Origin: Auanema rhodensis | Lineage: Eukaryota; Animalia; Nematoda | Direction of reading: 5' to 3' | Length of the DNA stretch: 64,000 bases | Assembly: GCA_964057225.1 (NCBI GenBank) | Contig: OZ059895.1 | Span: 744,001 to 808,000, forward strand | Shown: positions 23,201 to 38,200 of the stretch, in pieces | How positions within the stretch are numbered: position 1 is the stretch's first letter | Layout of the letters: the number at the start of each line of letters is the position of its first letter | Notes under the pieces: model-generated | The model's database searches: none | Told to the model about the DNA's origin: nothing | Seen by the model: the letters and a program-made list of their open reading frames with translations, nothing else | Program-made: the position numbers and the translations under genes

Positions 23201-26200
23201 ATAATTTAGCAAAAAGTAGATGTTTTTAGATTCCTTTTTTTGAGGCAAAGACGATGGACAATGTTATTCAACGAAAAAATTAATTCTTCAGGGTGAAAAT
23301 TGAGGATATAAGTGTGAACTTATATCAGTTGATATCTCGGTGCATTTTTAAGTTAGCGCAAATCTGATAACAAAGATCGACGCAGCTTAAAAATCCGCAT
23401 CGAATGCACTATACTACATTGAGAAACGCTTAATACAAAAATTAGTTATGATCGTTTGAAAAATGATGCATTAGTGTATGTTGAGTTTCCATGTACACTC
23501 AACATTGCTTCCAAAAACATTTTGACAAAAATTTTTTCGAAACATTTCAAAATAATTTAGCAAAAAGTAGATGTTTTTAGATTCCTTTTTTTGAGGCAAA
23601 GACGATGGACAATGTTATTCAACGAAAAAATTAATTCTTCAGGGTGAAAATCGAGGATATAAGTGTGAACTTATATCAGTTGATATCTCGGTGCATTTTT
23701 AAGTTAGCGCAAATCTGATAACACAAATCGACGCAGCTTAAAAATCCGCATCGAATGCACTATACTACATTGAGAAACGCTTAATACAAAAATTAGTTAT
23801 GATCGTTTGAAAAATGATGCAATAGTGTATGTTGAGTTTCCATGTACACTCAACATTGCTTCCAAAAACATTTTGACAAAAATTTTTTCGAAAAATTTCA
23901 AAATAATTTAGCAAAAAGTAGATGTTTTTAGATTTCATTTTTCAAGGCAAAGACGATAGACAATGTTATTCAACGAAAAAATTAATTCTTCAGGGTGAAA
24001 ATCGAGGATATAAGTGTGAACTTATATCAGTTGATATCTCGGTGCATTTTTAAGCTAGCGCAAATCTGATAACACAGATCGACGCAGCTTAAAAATCCGC
24101 ATCGAATGCACTATACTACATTAAGAAACGCTTAATACAAAAATTTGTTATGATCGTTTGAAAAATGATGCATTAGTGTATGTTGAGTTTCCATGTACAC
24201 TCAACATTGCTTCCAAAAACATTTTGACAAAAATTTTTTCGAAACATTTCAAAATAATTTAGCAAAAAGTAGATGTTTTTAGATTCCTTTTTTCAAGGCA
24301 AAGACGATGGACAATGTTATTCAACGAAAAAATTAATTCTTCAGGGAGAAAATCGAGGATATAAGTGTGAACTTATATCAGTTGATATCTCGGTGCATTT
24401 TTAAGCTAGCGCAAATCTGATAACACAAATCGACGCAGCTTAAAAATCCGCATCGAATGCACTATACTACATTGAGAAACGCTTAATACAAAAATTAGTT
24501 ATGATCGTTTGAAAAATGATGCATTAGTGTATGTTGAGTTTCCATGTACACTCAACATTGCTTCCAAAAACATTTTGACAAAAATTTTTTCGAAAAATTT
24601 CAAAATAATTTAGCAAAAAGTAGATGTTTTTAGATTTCATTTTTCAAGGCAAAGACGATAGACAATGTTATTCAACGAAAAAACTAATTCTTCAGGGTGA
24701 AAATCGAGGATATAAGTGTGAACTTATATCAGTTGATATCTCGGTGCATTTTTAAGCTAGCGCAAATCTGATAACACAGATCGACGCAGCTTAAAAATCC
24801 GCATCGAATGCACTATACTACATTGAGAAACGCTTAATACAAAAATTAGTTATGATCGTTTGAAAAATGATGCATTAGTGTATGTTGAGTTTCCATGTAC
24901 ACTCAACATTGCTTCCAAAAACATTTTGACAAAAATTTTTTTGAAAAATTTCAAAATAATTTAGCAAAAAGTAGATGTTTTTAGATCCCATTTTTCAAAG
25001 CAAAGACGATGGACAATGTTATTCAACGAAAAAATTAATTCTTCAGGGTGAAAATCGAAGATATAAGTGTGAACTTATATCAGTTGATATCTCGGTGCAT
25101 TTTTAAGTTAGCGCAAATCTGATAACACAAATCGACGCAGCTTAAAAATCCGCATCGAATGCACTATACTACATTAAGAAACGCTTAATACAAAAATTAG
25201 TTATGATCGTTTGAAAAATGATGCAATAGTGTATGTTGAGTTTCCATGTACACTCAACATTGCTTCCAAAAACATTTTGACAAAAATTTTTTCGAAACAT
25301 TTCAAAATAATTTAGCAAAAAGTAGAAGTTTTTAGATTCCTTTTTTCAAGGCAAAGACGATGGACAATGTTATTCAACGAAAAAATTAATTCTTCAGGGA
25401 GAAAATCGAGGATATAAGTGTGAACTTATATCAGTTGATATCTCGGTGCATTTTTAAGCTAGCGCAAATCTGATAACACAAATCGACGCAGCTCAAAAAT
25501 CCGCATCGAATGCACTATACTACATTGAGAAACGCTTAATACAAAAATTAGTTATGATCGTTTGAAAAATGATGCATTAGTGTATGTTGAGTTTCCATGT
25601 ACACTCAACATTGCTTCCAAAAACATTTTGACAAAAATTTTTTCGAAAAATTTCAAAATAATTTAGCAAAAAGTAGATGTTTTTAGATTCCTTTTTTTGA
25701 GGCAAAGACGATGGACAATGTTATTCAACGAAAAAATTAATTCTTCAGGGTGAAAATTGAGGATATAAGTGTGAACTTATATCAGTTGATATCTCGGTGC
25801 ATTTTTAAGTTAGCGCAAATCTGATAACAAAGATCGACGCAGCTTAAAAATCCGCATCGAATGCACTATACTACATTGAGAAACGCTTAATACAAAAATT
25901 AGTTATGATCGTTTGAAAAATGATGCATTAGTGTATGTTGAGTTTCCATGTACACTCAACATTGCTTCCAAAAACATTTTGACAAAAATTTTTTCGAAAC
26001 ATTTCAAAATAATTTAGCAAAAAGTAGATGTTTTTAGATTCCTTTTTTTGAGGCAAAGACGATGGACAATGTTATTCAACGAAAAAATTAATTCTTCAGG
26101 GTGAAAATCGAGGATATAAGTGTGAACTTATATCAGTTGATATCTCGGTGCATTTTTAAGTTAGCGCAAATCTGATAACACAAATCGACGCAGCTTAAAA

Positions 26201-29200
26201 ATCCGCATCGAATGCACTATACTACATTGAGAAACGCTTAATACAAAAATTAGTTATGATCGTTTGAAAAATGATGCAATAGTGTATGTTGAGTTTCCAT
26301 GTACACTCAACATTGCTTCCAAAAACATTTTGACAAAAATTTTTTCGAAACATTTCAAAATAATTTAGCAAAAAGTAGATGTTTTTAGATTCCTTTTTTT
26401 GAGGCAAAGACGATGGACAATGTTATTCAACGAAAAAATTAATTCTTCAGGGTGAAAATTGAGGATATAAGTGTGAACTTATATCAGTTGATATCTCGGT
26501 GCATTTTTAAGTTAGCGCAAATCTGATAACAAAGATCGACGCAGCTTAAAAATCCGCATCGAATGCACTATACTACATTGAGAAACGCTTAATACAAAAA
26601 TTAGTTATGATCGTTTGAAAAATGATGCATTAGTGTATGTTGAGTTTCCATGTACACTCAACATTGCTTCCAAAAACATTTTGACAAAAATTTTTTCGAA
26701 ACATTTCAAAATAATTTAGCAAAAAGTAGATGTTTTTAGATTCCTTTTTTTGAGGCAAAGACGATGGACAATGTTATTCAACGAAAAAATTAATTCTTCA
26801 GGGTGAAAATCGAGGATATAAGTGTGAACTTATATCAGTTGATATCTCGGTGCATTTTTAAGTTAGCGCAAATCTGATAACACAAATCGACGCAGCTTAA
26901 AAATCCGCATCGAATGCACTATACTACATTGAGAAACGCTTAATACAAAAATTAGTTATGATCGTTTGAAAAATGATGCAATAGTGTATGTTGAGTTTCC
27001 ATGTACACTCAACATTGCTTCCAAAAACATTTTGACAAAAATTTTTTCGAAAAATTTCAAAATAATTTAGCAAAAAGTAGATGTTTTTAGATTTCATTTT
27101 TCAAGGCAAAGACGATAGACAATGTTATTCAACGAAAAAATTAATTCTTCAGGGTGAAAATCGAGGATATAAGTGTGAACTTATATCAGTTGATATCTCG
27201 GTGCATTTTTAAGCTAGCGCAAATCTGATAACACAGATCGACGCAGCTTAAAAATCCGCATCGAATGCACTATACTACATTGAGAAACGCTTAATACAAA
27301 AATTAGTTATGATCGTTTGAAAAATGATGCATTAGTGTATGTTGAGTTTCCATGTACACTCAACATTGCTTCCAAAAACATTTTGACAAAATTTTTTCGA
27401 AAAATTTCAAAATAATTTAGCAAAAAGTAGATGTTTTTAGATTCCTTTTTTTGAGGCAAAGACGATGGACAATGTTATTCAACGAAAAAATTAATTCTTC
27501 AGGGTGAAAATCGAGGATATAAGTGTGAACTTATATCAGTTGATATCTCGGTGCATTTTTAAGCTAGCGCAAATCTGATAACACAGATCGACGCAGCTTA
27601 AAAATCCGCATCGAATGCACTATACTACATTGAGAAACGCTTAATACAAAAATTAGTTATGATCGTTTGAAAAATGATGCATTAGTGTATGTTGAGTTTC
27701 CATGTACACTCAACATTGCTTCCAAAAACATTTTGACAAAATTTTTTCGAAAAATTTCAAAATAATTTAGCAAAAAGTAGATGTTTTTAGATTCCTTTTT
27801 TTGAGGCAAAGACGATGGACAATGTTATTCAACGAAAAAATTAATTCTTCAGGGTGAAAATTGAGGATATAAGTGTGAACTTATATCAGTTGATATCTCG
27901 GTGCATTTTTAAGTTAGCGCAAATCTGATAACAAAGATCGACGCAGCTTAAAAATCCGCATCGAATGCACTATACTACATTGAGAAACGCTTAATACAAA
28001 AATTAGTTATGATCGTTTGAAAAATGATGCATTAGTGTATGTTGAGTTTCCATGTACACTCAACATTGCTTCCAAAAACATTTTGACAAAAATTTTTTCG
28101 AAACATTTCAAAATAATTTAGCAAAAAGTAGATGTTTTTAGATTCCTTTTTTTGAGGCAAAGACGATGGACAATGTTATTCAACGAAAAAATTAATTCTT
28201 CAGGGTGAAAATCGAGGATATAAGTGTGAACTTATATCAGTTGATATCTCGGTGCATTTTTAAGTTAGCGCAAATCTGATAACACAAATCGACGCAGCTT
28301 AAAAATCCGCATCGAATGCACTATACTACATTGAGAAACGCTTAATACAAAAATTAGTTATGATCGTTTGAAAAATGATGCAATAGTGTATGTTGAGTTT
28401 CCATGTACACTCAACATTGCTTCCAAAAACATTTTGACAAAAATTTTTTCGAAAAATTTCAAAATAATTTAGCAAAAAGTAGATGTTTTTAGATTTCATT
28501 TTTCAAGGCAAAGACGATAGACAATGTTATTCAACGAAAAAATTAATTCTTCAGGGTGAAAATCGAGGATATAAGTGTGAACTTATATCAGTTGATATCT
28601 CGGTGCATTTTTAAGCTAGCGCAAATCTGATAACACAGATCGACGCAGCTTAAAAATCCGCATCGAATGCACTATACTACATTAAGAAACGCTTAATACA
28701 AAAATTTGTTATGATCGTTTGAAAAATGATGCATTAGTGTATGTTGAGTTTCCATGTACACTCAACATTGCTTCCAAAAACATTTTGACAAAAATTTTTT
28801 CGAAACATTTCAAAATAATTTAGCAAAAAGTAGATGTTTTTAGATTCCTTTTTTCAAGGCAAAGACGATGGACAATGTTATTCAACGAAAAAATTAATTC
28901 TTCAGGGAGAAAATCGAGGATATAAGTGTGAACTTATATCAGTTGATATCTCGGTGCATTTTTAAGCTAGCGCAAATCTGATAACACAAATCGACGCAGC
29001 TTAAAAATCCGCATCGAATGCACTATACTACATTGAGAAACGCTTAATACAAAAATTAGTTATGATCGTTTGAAAAATGATGCATTAGTGTATGTTGAGT
29101 TTCCATGTACACTCAACATTGCTTCCAAAAACATTTTGACAAAAATTTTTTCGAAAAATTTCAAAATAATTTAGCAAAAAGTAGATGTTTTTAGATTTCA

Positions 29201-32200
29201 TTTTTCAAGGCAAAGACGATAGACAATGTTATTCAACGAAAAAACTAATTCTTCAGGGTGAAAATCGAGGATATAAGTGTGAACTTATATCAGTTGATAT
29301 CTCGGTGCATTTTTAAGCTAGCGCAAATCTGATAACACAGATCGACGCAGCTTAAAAATCCGCATCGAATGCACTATACTACATTGAGAAACGCTTAATA
29401 CAAAAATTAGTTATGATCGTTTGAAAAATGATGCATTAGTGTATGTTGAGTTTCCATGTACACTCAACATTGCTTCCAAAAACATTTTGACAAAAATTTT
29501 TTTGAAAAATTTCAAAATAATTTAGCAAAAAGTAGATGTTTTTAGATCCCATTTTTCAAAGCAAAGACGATGGACAATGTTATTCAACGAAAAAATTAAT
29601 TCTTCAGGGTGAAAATCGAAGATATAAGTGTGAACTTATATCAGTTGATATCTCGGTGCATTTTTAAGTTAGCGCAAATCTGATAACACAAATCGACGCA
29701 GCTTAAAAATCCGCATCGAATGCACTATACTACATTAAGAAACGCTTAATACAAAAATTAGTTATGATCGTTTGAAAAATGATGCAATAGTGTATGTTGA
29801 GTTTCCATGTACACTCAACATTGCTTCCAAAAACATTTTGACAAAAATTTTTTCGAAACATTTCAAAATAATTTAGCAAAAAGTAGAAGTTTTTAGATTC
29901 CTTTTTTCAAGGCAAAGACGATGGACAATGTTATTCAACGAAAAAATTAATTCTTCAGGGAGAAAATCGAGGATATAAGTGTGAACTTATATCAGTTGAT
30001 ATCTCGGTGCATTTTTAAGCTAGCGCAAATCTGATAACACAAATCGACGCAGCTCAAAAATCCGCATCGAATGCACTATACTACATTGAGAAACGCTTAA
30101 TACAAAAATTAGTTATGATCGTTTGAAAAATGATGCATTAGTGTATGTTGAGTTTCCATGTACACTCAACATTGCTTCCAAAAACATTTTGACAAAAATT
30201 TTTTCGAAAAATTTCAAAATAATTTAGCAAAAAGTAGATGTTTTTAGATTCCTTTTTTTGAGGCAAAGACGATGGACAATGTTATTCAACGAAAAAATTA
30301 ATTCTTCAGGGTGAAAATTGAGGATATAAGTGTGAACTTATATCAGTTGATATCTCGGTGCATTTTTAAGTTAGCGCAAATCTGATAACAAAGATCGACG
30401 CAGCTTAAAAATCCGCATCGAATGCACTATACTACATTGAGAAACGCTTAATACAAAAATTAGTTATGATCGTTTGAAAAATGATGCATTAGTGTATGTT
30501 GAGTTTCCATGTACACTCAACATTGCTTCCAAAAACATTTTGACAAAAATTTTTTCGAAACATTTCAAAATAATTTAGCAAAAAGTAGATGTTTTTAGAT
30601 TCCTTTTTTTGAGGCAAAGACGATGGACAATGTTATTCAACGAAAAAATTAATTCTTCAGGGTGAAAATCGAGGATATAAGTGTGAACTTATATCAGTTG
30701 ATATCTCGGTGCATTTTTAAGTTAGCGCAAATCTGATAACACAAATCGACGCAGCTTAAAAATCCGCATCGAATGCACTATACTACATTGAGAAACGCTT
30801 AATACAAAAATTAGTTATGATCGTTTGAAAAATGATGCATTAGTGTATGTTGAGTTTCCATGTACACTCAACATTGCTTCCAAAAACATTTTGACAAAAA
30901 TTTTTTCGAAAAATTTCAAAATAATTTAGCAAAAAGTAGATGTTTTTAGATTCCTTTTTTTGAGGCAAAGACGATGGACAATGTTATTCAACGAAAAAAT
31001 TAATTCTTCAGGGTGAAAATTGAGGATATAAGTGTGAACTTATATCAGTTGATATCTCGGTGCATTTTTAAGTTAGCGCAAATCTGATAACAAAGATCGA
31101 CGCAGCTTAAAAATCCGCATCGAATGCACTATACTACATTGAGAAACGCTTAATACAAAAATTAGTTATGATCGTTTGAAAAATGATGCATTAGTGTATG
31201 TTGAGTTTCCATGTACACTCAACATTGCTTCCAAAAACATTTTGACAAAAATTTTTTCGAAACATTTCAAAATAATTTAGCAAAAAGTAGATGTTTTTAG
31301 ATTCCTTTTTTTGAGGCAAAGACGATGGACAATGTTATTCAACGAAAAAATTAATTCTTCAGGGTGAAAATCGAGGATATAAGTGTGAACTTATATCAGT
31401 TGATATCTCGGTGCATTTTTAAGTTAGCGCAAATCTGATAACACAAATCGACGCAGCTTAAAAATCCGCATCGAATGCACTATACTACATTGAGAAACGC
31501 TTAATACAAAAATTAGTTATGATCGTTTGAAAAATGATGCAATAGTGTATGTTGAGTTTCCATGTACACTCAACATTGCTTCCAAAAACATTTTGACAAA
31601 AATTTTTTCGAAACATTTCAAAATAATTTAGCAAAAAGTAGATGTTTTTAGATTCCTTTTTTTGAGGCAAAGACGATGGACAATGTTATTCAACGAAAAA
31701 ATTAATTCTTCAGGGTGAAAATTGAGGATATAAGTGTGAACTTATATCAGTTGATATCTCGGTGCATTTTTAAGTTAGCGCAAATCTGATAACAAAGATC
31801 GACGCAGCTTAAAAATCCGCATCGAATGCACTATACTACATTGAGAAACGCTTAATACAAAAATTAGTTATGATCGTTTGAAAAATGATGCATTAGTGTA
31901 TGTTGAGTTTCCATGTACACTCAACATTGCTTCCAAAAACATTTTGACAAAAATTTTTTCGAAACATTTCAAAATAATTTAGCAAAAAGTAGATGTTTTT
32001 AGATTCCTTTTTTTGAGGCAAAGACGATGGACAATGTTATTCAACGAAAAAATTAATTCTTCAGGGTGAAAATCGAGGATATAAGTGTGAACTTATATCA
32101 GTTGATATCTCGGTGCATTTTTAAGTTAGCGCAAATCTGATAACACAAATCGACGCAGCTTAAAAATCCGCATCGAATGCACTATACTACATTGAGAAAC

Positions 32201-35200
32201 GCTTAATACAAAAATTAGTTATGATCGTTTGAAAAATGATGCAATAGTGTATGTTGAGTTTCCATGTACACTCAACATTGCTTCCAAAAACATTTTGACA
32301 AAAATTTTTTCGAAAAATTTCAAAATAATTTAGCAAAAAGTAGATGTTTTTAGATTTCATTTTTCAAGGCAAAGACGATAGACAATGTTATTCAACGAAA
32401 AAATTAATTCTTCAGGGTGAAAATCGAGGATATAAGTGTGAACTTATATCAGTTGATATCTCGGTGCATTTTTAAGCTAGCGCAAATCTGATAACACAGA
32501 TCGACGCAGCTTAAAAATCCGCATCGAATGCACTATACTACATTGAGAAACGCTTAATACAAAAATTTGTTATGATCGTTTGAAAAATGATGCATTAGTG
32601 TATGTTGAGTTTCCATGTACACTCAACATTGCTTCCAAAAACATTTTGACAAAAATTTTTTCGAAACATTTCAAAATAATTTAGCAAAAAGTAGATGTTT
32701 TTAGATTCCTTTTTTTAAGGCAAAGACGATGGACAATGTTATTCAACGAAAAAATTAATTCTTCAGGGAGAAAATCGAGGATATAAGTGTGAACTTATAT
32801 CAGTTGATATCTCGGTGCATTTTTAAGCTAGCGCAAATCTGATAACACAAATCGACGCAGCTCAAAAATCCGCATCGAATGCACTATACTACATTGAGAA
32901 ACGCTTAATACAAAAATTAGTTATGATCGTTTGAAAAATGATGCATTAGTGTATGTTGAGTTTCCATGTACACTCAACATTGCTTCCAAAAACATTTTGA
33001 CAAAATTTTTTCGAAAAATTTCAAAATAATTTAGCAAAAAGTAGATGTTTTTAGATTCCTTTTCTTGAGGCAAAGACGATGGACAATGTTATTCAACGAA
33101 AAAATTAATTCTTCAGGGTGAAAATTGAGGATATAAGTGTGAACTTATATCAGTTGATATCTCGGTGCATTTTTAAGTTAGCGCAAATCTGATAACAAAG
33201 ATCGACGCAGCTTAAAAATCCGCATCGAATGCACTATACTACATTGAGAAACGCTTAATACAAAAATTAGTTATGATCGTTTGAAAAATGATGCATTAGT
33301 GTATGTTGAGTTTCCATGTACACTCAACATTGCTTCCAAAAACATTTTGACAAAAATTTTTTCGAAACATTTCAAAATAATTTAGCAAAAAGTAGATGTT
33401 TTTAGATTCTTTTTTTTGAGGCAAAGACGATGGACAATGTTATTCAACGAAAAAATTAATTCTTCAGGGTGAAAATCGAGGATATAAGTGTGAACTTATA
33501 TCAGTTGATATCTCGGTGCATTTTTAAGTTAGCGCAAATCTGATAACACAAATCGACGCAGCTTAAAAATCCGCATCGAATGCACTATACTACATTGAGA
33601 AACGCTTAATACAAAAATTAGTTATGATCGTTTGAAAAATGATGCAATAGTGTATGTTGAGTTTCCATGTACACTCAACATTGCTTCCAAAAACATTTTG
33701 ACAAAAATTTTTTCGAAAAATTTCAAAATAATTTAGCAAAAAGTAGATGTTTTTAGATTTCATTTTTCAAGGCAAAGACGATAGACAATGTTATTCAACG
33801 AAAAAATTAATTCTTTAGGGTGAAAATCGAGGATATAAGTGTGAACTTATATCAGTTGATATCTCGGTGCATTTTTAAGCTAGCGCAAATCTGATAACAC
33901 AGATCGACGCAGCTTAAAAATCCGCATCGAATGCACTATACTACATTGAGAAACGCTTAATACAAAAATTAGTTATGATCGTTTGAAAAATGATGCATTA
34001 GTGTATGTTGAGTTTCCATGTACACTCAACATTGCTTCCAAAAACATTTTGACAAAATTTTTTCGAAAAATTTCAAAATAATTTAGCAAAAAGTAGATGT
34101 TTTTAGATTCCTTTTTTTGAGGCAAAGACGATGGACAATGTTATTCAACGAAAAAATTAATTCTTCAGGGTGAAAATCGAGGATATAAGTGTGAACTTAT
34201 ATCAGTTGATATCTCGGTGCATTTTTAAGCTAGCGCAAATCTGATAACACAGATCGACGCAGCTTAAAAATCCGCATCGAATGCACTATACTACATTGAG
34301 AAACGCTTAATACAAAAATTAGTTATGATCGTTTGAAAAATGATGCATTAGTGTATGTTGAGTTTCCATGTACACTCAACATTGCTTCCAAAAACATTTT
34401 GACAAAATTTTTTCGAAAAATTTCAAAATAATTTAGCAAAAAGTAGATGTTTTTAGATTCCTTTTTTTGAGGCAAAGACGATGGACAATGTTATTCAACG
34501 AAAAAATTAATTCTTCAGGGTGAAAATTGAGGATATAAGTGTGAACTTATATCAGTTGATATCTCGGTGCATTTTTAAGTTAGCGCAAATCTGATAACAA
34601 AGATCGACGCAGCTTAAAAATCCGCATCGAATGCACTATACTACATTGAGAAACGCTTAATACAAAAATTAGTTATGATCGTTTGAAAAATGATGCATTA
34701 GTGTATGTTGAGTTTCCATGTACACTCAACATTGCTTCCAAAAACATTTTGACAAAAATTTTTTCGAAACATTTCAAAATAATTTAGCAAAAAGTAGATG
34801 TTTTTAGATTCCTTTTTTTGAGGCAAAGACGATGGACAATGTTATTCAACGAAAAAATTAATTCTTCAGGGTGAAAATCGAGGATATAAGTGTGAACTTA
34901 TATCAGTTGATATCTCGGTGCATTTTTAAGTTAGCGCAAATCTGATAACACAAATCGACGCAGCTTAAAAATCCGCATCGAATGCACTATACTACATTGA
35001 GAAACGCTTAATACAAAAATTAGTTATGATCGTTTGAAAAATGATGCAATAGTGTATGTTGAGTTTCCATGTACACTCAACATTGCTTCCAAAAACATTT
35101 TGACAAAAATTTTTTCGAAAAATTTCAAAATAATTTAGCAAAAAGTAGATGTTTTTAGATTTCATTTTTCAAGGCAAAGACGATAGACAATGTTATTCAA

Positions 35201-38200
35201 CGAAAAAATTAATTCTTCAGGGTGAAAATCGAGGATATAAGTGTGAACTTATATCAGTTGATATCTCGGTGCATTTTTAAGCTAGCGCAAATCTGATAAC
35301 ACAGATCGACGCAGCTTAAAAATCCGCATCGAATGCACTATACTACATTGAGAAACGCTTAATACAAAAATTTGTTATGATCGTTTGAAAAATGATGCAT
35401 TAGTGTATGTTGAGTTTCCATGTACACTCAACATTGCTTCCAAAAACATTTTGACAAAAATTTTTTCGAAACATTTCAAAATAATTTAGCAAAAAGTAGA
35501 TGTTTTTAGATTCCTTTTTTCAAGGCAAAGACGATGGACAATGTTATTCAACGAAAAAATTAATTCTTCAGGGAGAAAATCGAGGATATAAGTGTGAACT
35601 TATATCAGTTGATATCTCGGTGCATTTTTAAGCTAGCGCAAATCTGATAACACAAATCGACGCAGCTTAAAAATCCGCATCGAATGCACTATACTACATT
35701 GAGAAACGCTTAATACAAAAATTAGTTATGATCGTTTGAAAAATGATGCATTAGTGTATGTTGAGTTTCCATGTACACTCAACATTGCTTCCAAAAACAT
35801 TTTGACAAAAATTTTTTCGAAAAATTTCAAAATAATTTAGCAAAAAGTAGATGTTTTTAGATTTCATTTTTCAAGGCAAAGACGATAGACAATGTTATTC
35901 AACGAAAAAACTAATTCTTCAGGGTGAAAATCGAGGATATAAGTGTGAACTTATATCAGTTGATATCTCGGTGCATTTTTAAGCTAGCGCAAATCTGATA
36001 ACACAGATCGACGCAGCTTAAAAATCCGCATCGAATGCACTATACTACATTGAGAAACGCTTAATACAAAAATTAGTTATGATCGTTTGAAAAATGATGC
36101 ATTAGTGTATGTTGAGTTTCCATGTACACTCAACATTGCTTCCAAAAACATTTTGACAAAAATTTTTTTGAAAAATTTCAAAATAATTTAGCAAAAAGTA
36201 GATGTTTTTAGATCCCATTTTTCAAAGCAAAGACGATGGACAATGTTATTCAACGAAAAAATTAATTCTTCAGGGTGAAAATCGAAGATATAAGTGTGAA
36301 CTTATATCAGTTGATATCTCGGTGCATTTTTAAGTTAGCGCAAATCTGATAACACAAATCGACGCAGCTTAAAAATCCGCATCGAATGCACTATACTACA
36401 TTAAGAAACGCTTAATACAAAAATTAGTTATGATCGTTTGAAAAATGATGCAATAGTGTATGTTGAGTTTCCATGTACACTCAACATTGCTTCCAAAAAC
36501 ATTTTGACAAAAATTTTTTCGAAACATTTCAAAATAATTTAGCAAAAAGTAGAAGTTTTTAGATTCCTTTTTTCAAGGCAAAGACGATGGACAATGTTAT
36601 TCAACGAAAAAATTAATTCTTCAGGGAGAAAATCGAGGATATAAGTGTGAACTTATATCAGTTGATATCTCGGTGCATTTTTAAGCTAGCGCAAATCTGA
36701 TAACACAAATCGACGCAGCTCAAAAATCCGCATCGAATGCACTATACTACATTGAGAAACGCTTAATACAAAAATTAGTTATGATCGTTTGAAAAATGAT
36801 GCATTAGTGTATGTTGAGTTTCCATGTACACTCAACATTGCTTCCAAAAACATTTTGACAAAAATTTTTTCGAAAAATTTCAAAATAATTTAGCAAAAAG
36901 TAGATGTTTTTAGATTCCTTTTTTTGAGGCAAAGACGATGGACAATGTTATTCAACGAAAAAATTAATTCTTCAGGGTGAAAATTGAGGATATAAGTGTG
37001 AACTTATATCAGTTGATATCTCGGTGCATTTTTAAGTTAGCGCAAATCTGATAACAAAGATCGACGCAGCTTAAAAATCCGCATCGAATGCACTATACTA
37101 CATTGAGAAACGCTTAATACAAAAATTAGTTATGATCGTTTGAAAAATGATGCATTAGTGTATGTTGAGTTTCCATGTACACTCAACATTGCTTCCAAAA
37201 ACATTTTGACAAAAATTTTTTCGAAACATTTCAAAATAATTTAGCAAAAAGTAGATGTTTTTAGATTCCTTTTTTTGAGGCAAAGACGATGGACAATGTT
37301 ATTCAACGAAAAAATTAATTCTTCAGGGTGAAAATCGAGGATATAAGTGTGAACTTATATCAGTTGATATCTCGGTGCATTTTTAAGTTAGCGCAAATCT
37401 GATAACACAAATCGACGCAGCTTAAAAATCCGCATCGAATGCACTATACTACATTGAGAAACGCTTAATACAAAAATTAGTTATGATCGTTTGAAAAATG
37501 ATGCAATAGTGTATGTTGAGTTTCCATGTACACTCAACATTGCTTCCAAAAACATTTTGACAAAAATTTTTTCGAAAAATTTCAAAATAATTTAGCAAAA
37601 AGTAGATGTTTTTAGATTTCATTTTTCAAGGCAAAGACGATAGACAATGTTATTCAACGAAAAAATTAATTCTTCAGGGTGAAAATCGAGGATATAAGTG
37701 TGAACTTATATCAGTTGATATCTCGGTGCATTTTTAAGCTAGCGCAAATCTGATAACACAGATCGACGCAGCTTAAAAATCCGCATCGAATGCACTATAC
37801 TACATTGAGAAACGCTTAATACAAAAATTTGTTATGATCGTTTGAAAAATGATGCATTAGTGTATGTTGAGTTTCCATGTACACTCAACATTGCTTCCAA
37901 AAACATTTTGACAAAAATTTTTTCGAAACATTTCAAAATAATTTAGCAAAAAGTAGATGTTTTTAGATTCCTTTTTTTAAGGCAAAGACGATGGACAATG
38001 TTATTCAACGAAAAAATTAATTCTTCAGGGAGAAAATCGAGGATATAAGTGTGAACTTATATCAGTTGATATCTCGGTGCATTTTTAAGCTAGCGCAAAT
38101 CTGATAACACAAATCGACGCAGCTCAAAAATCCGCATCGAATGCACTATACTACATTGAGAAACGCTTAATACAAAAATTAGTTATGATCGTTTGAAAAA

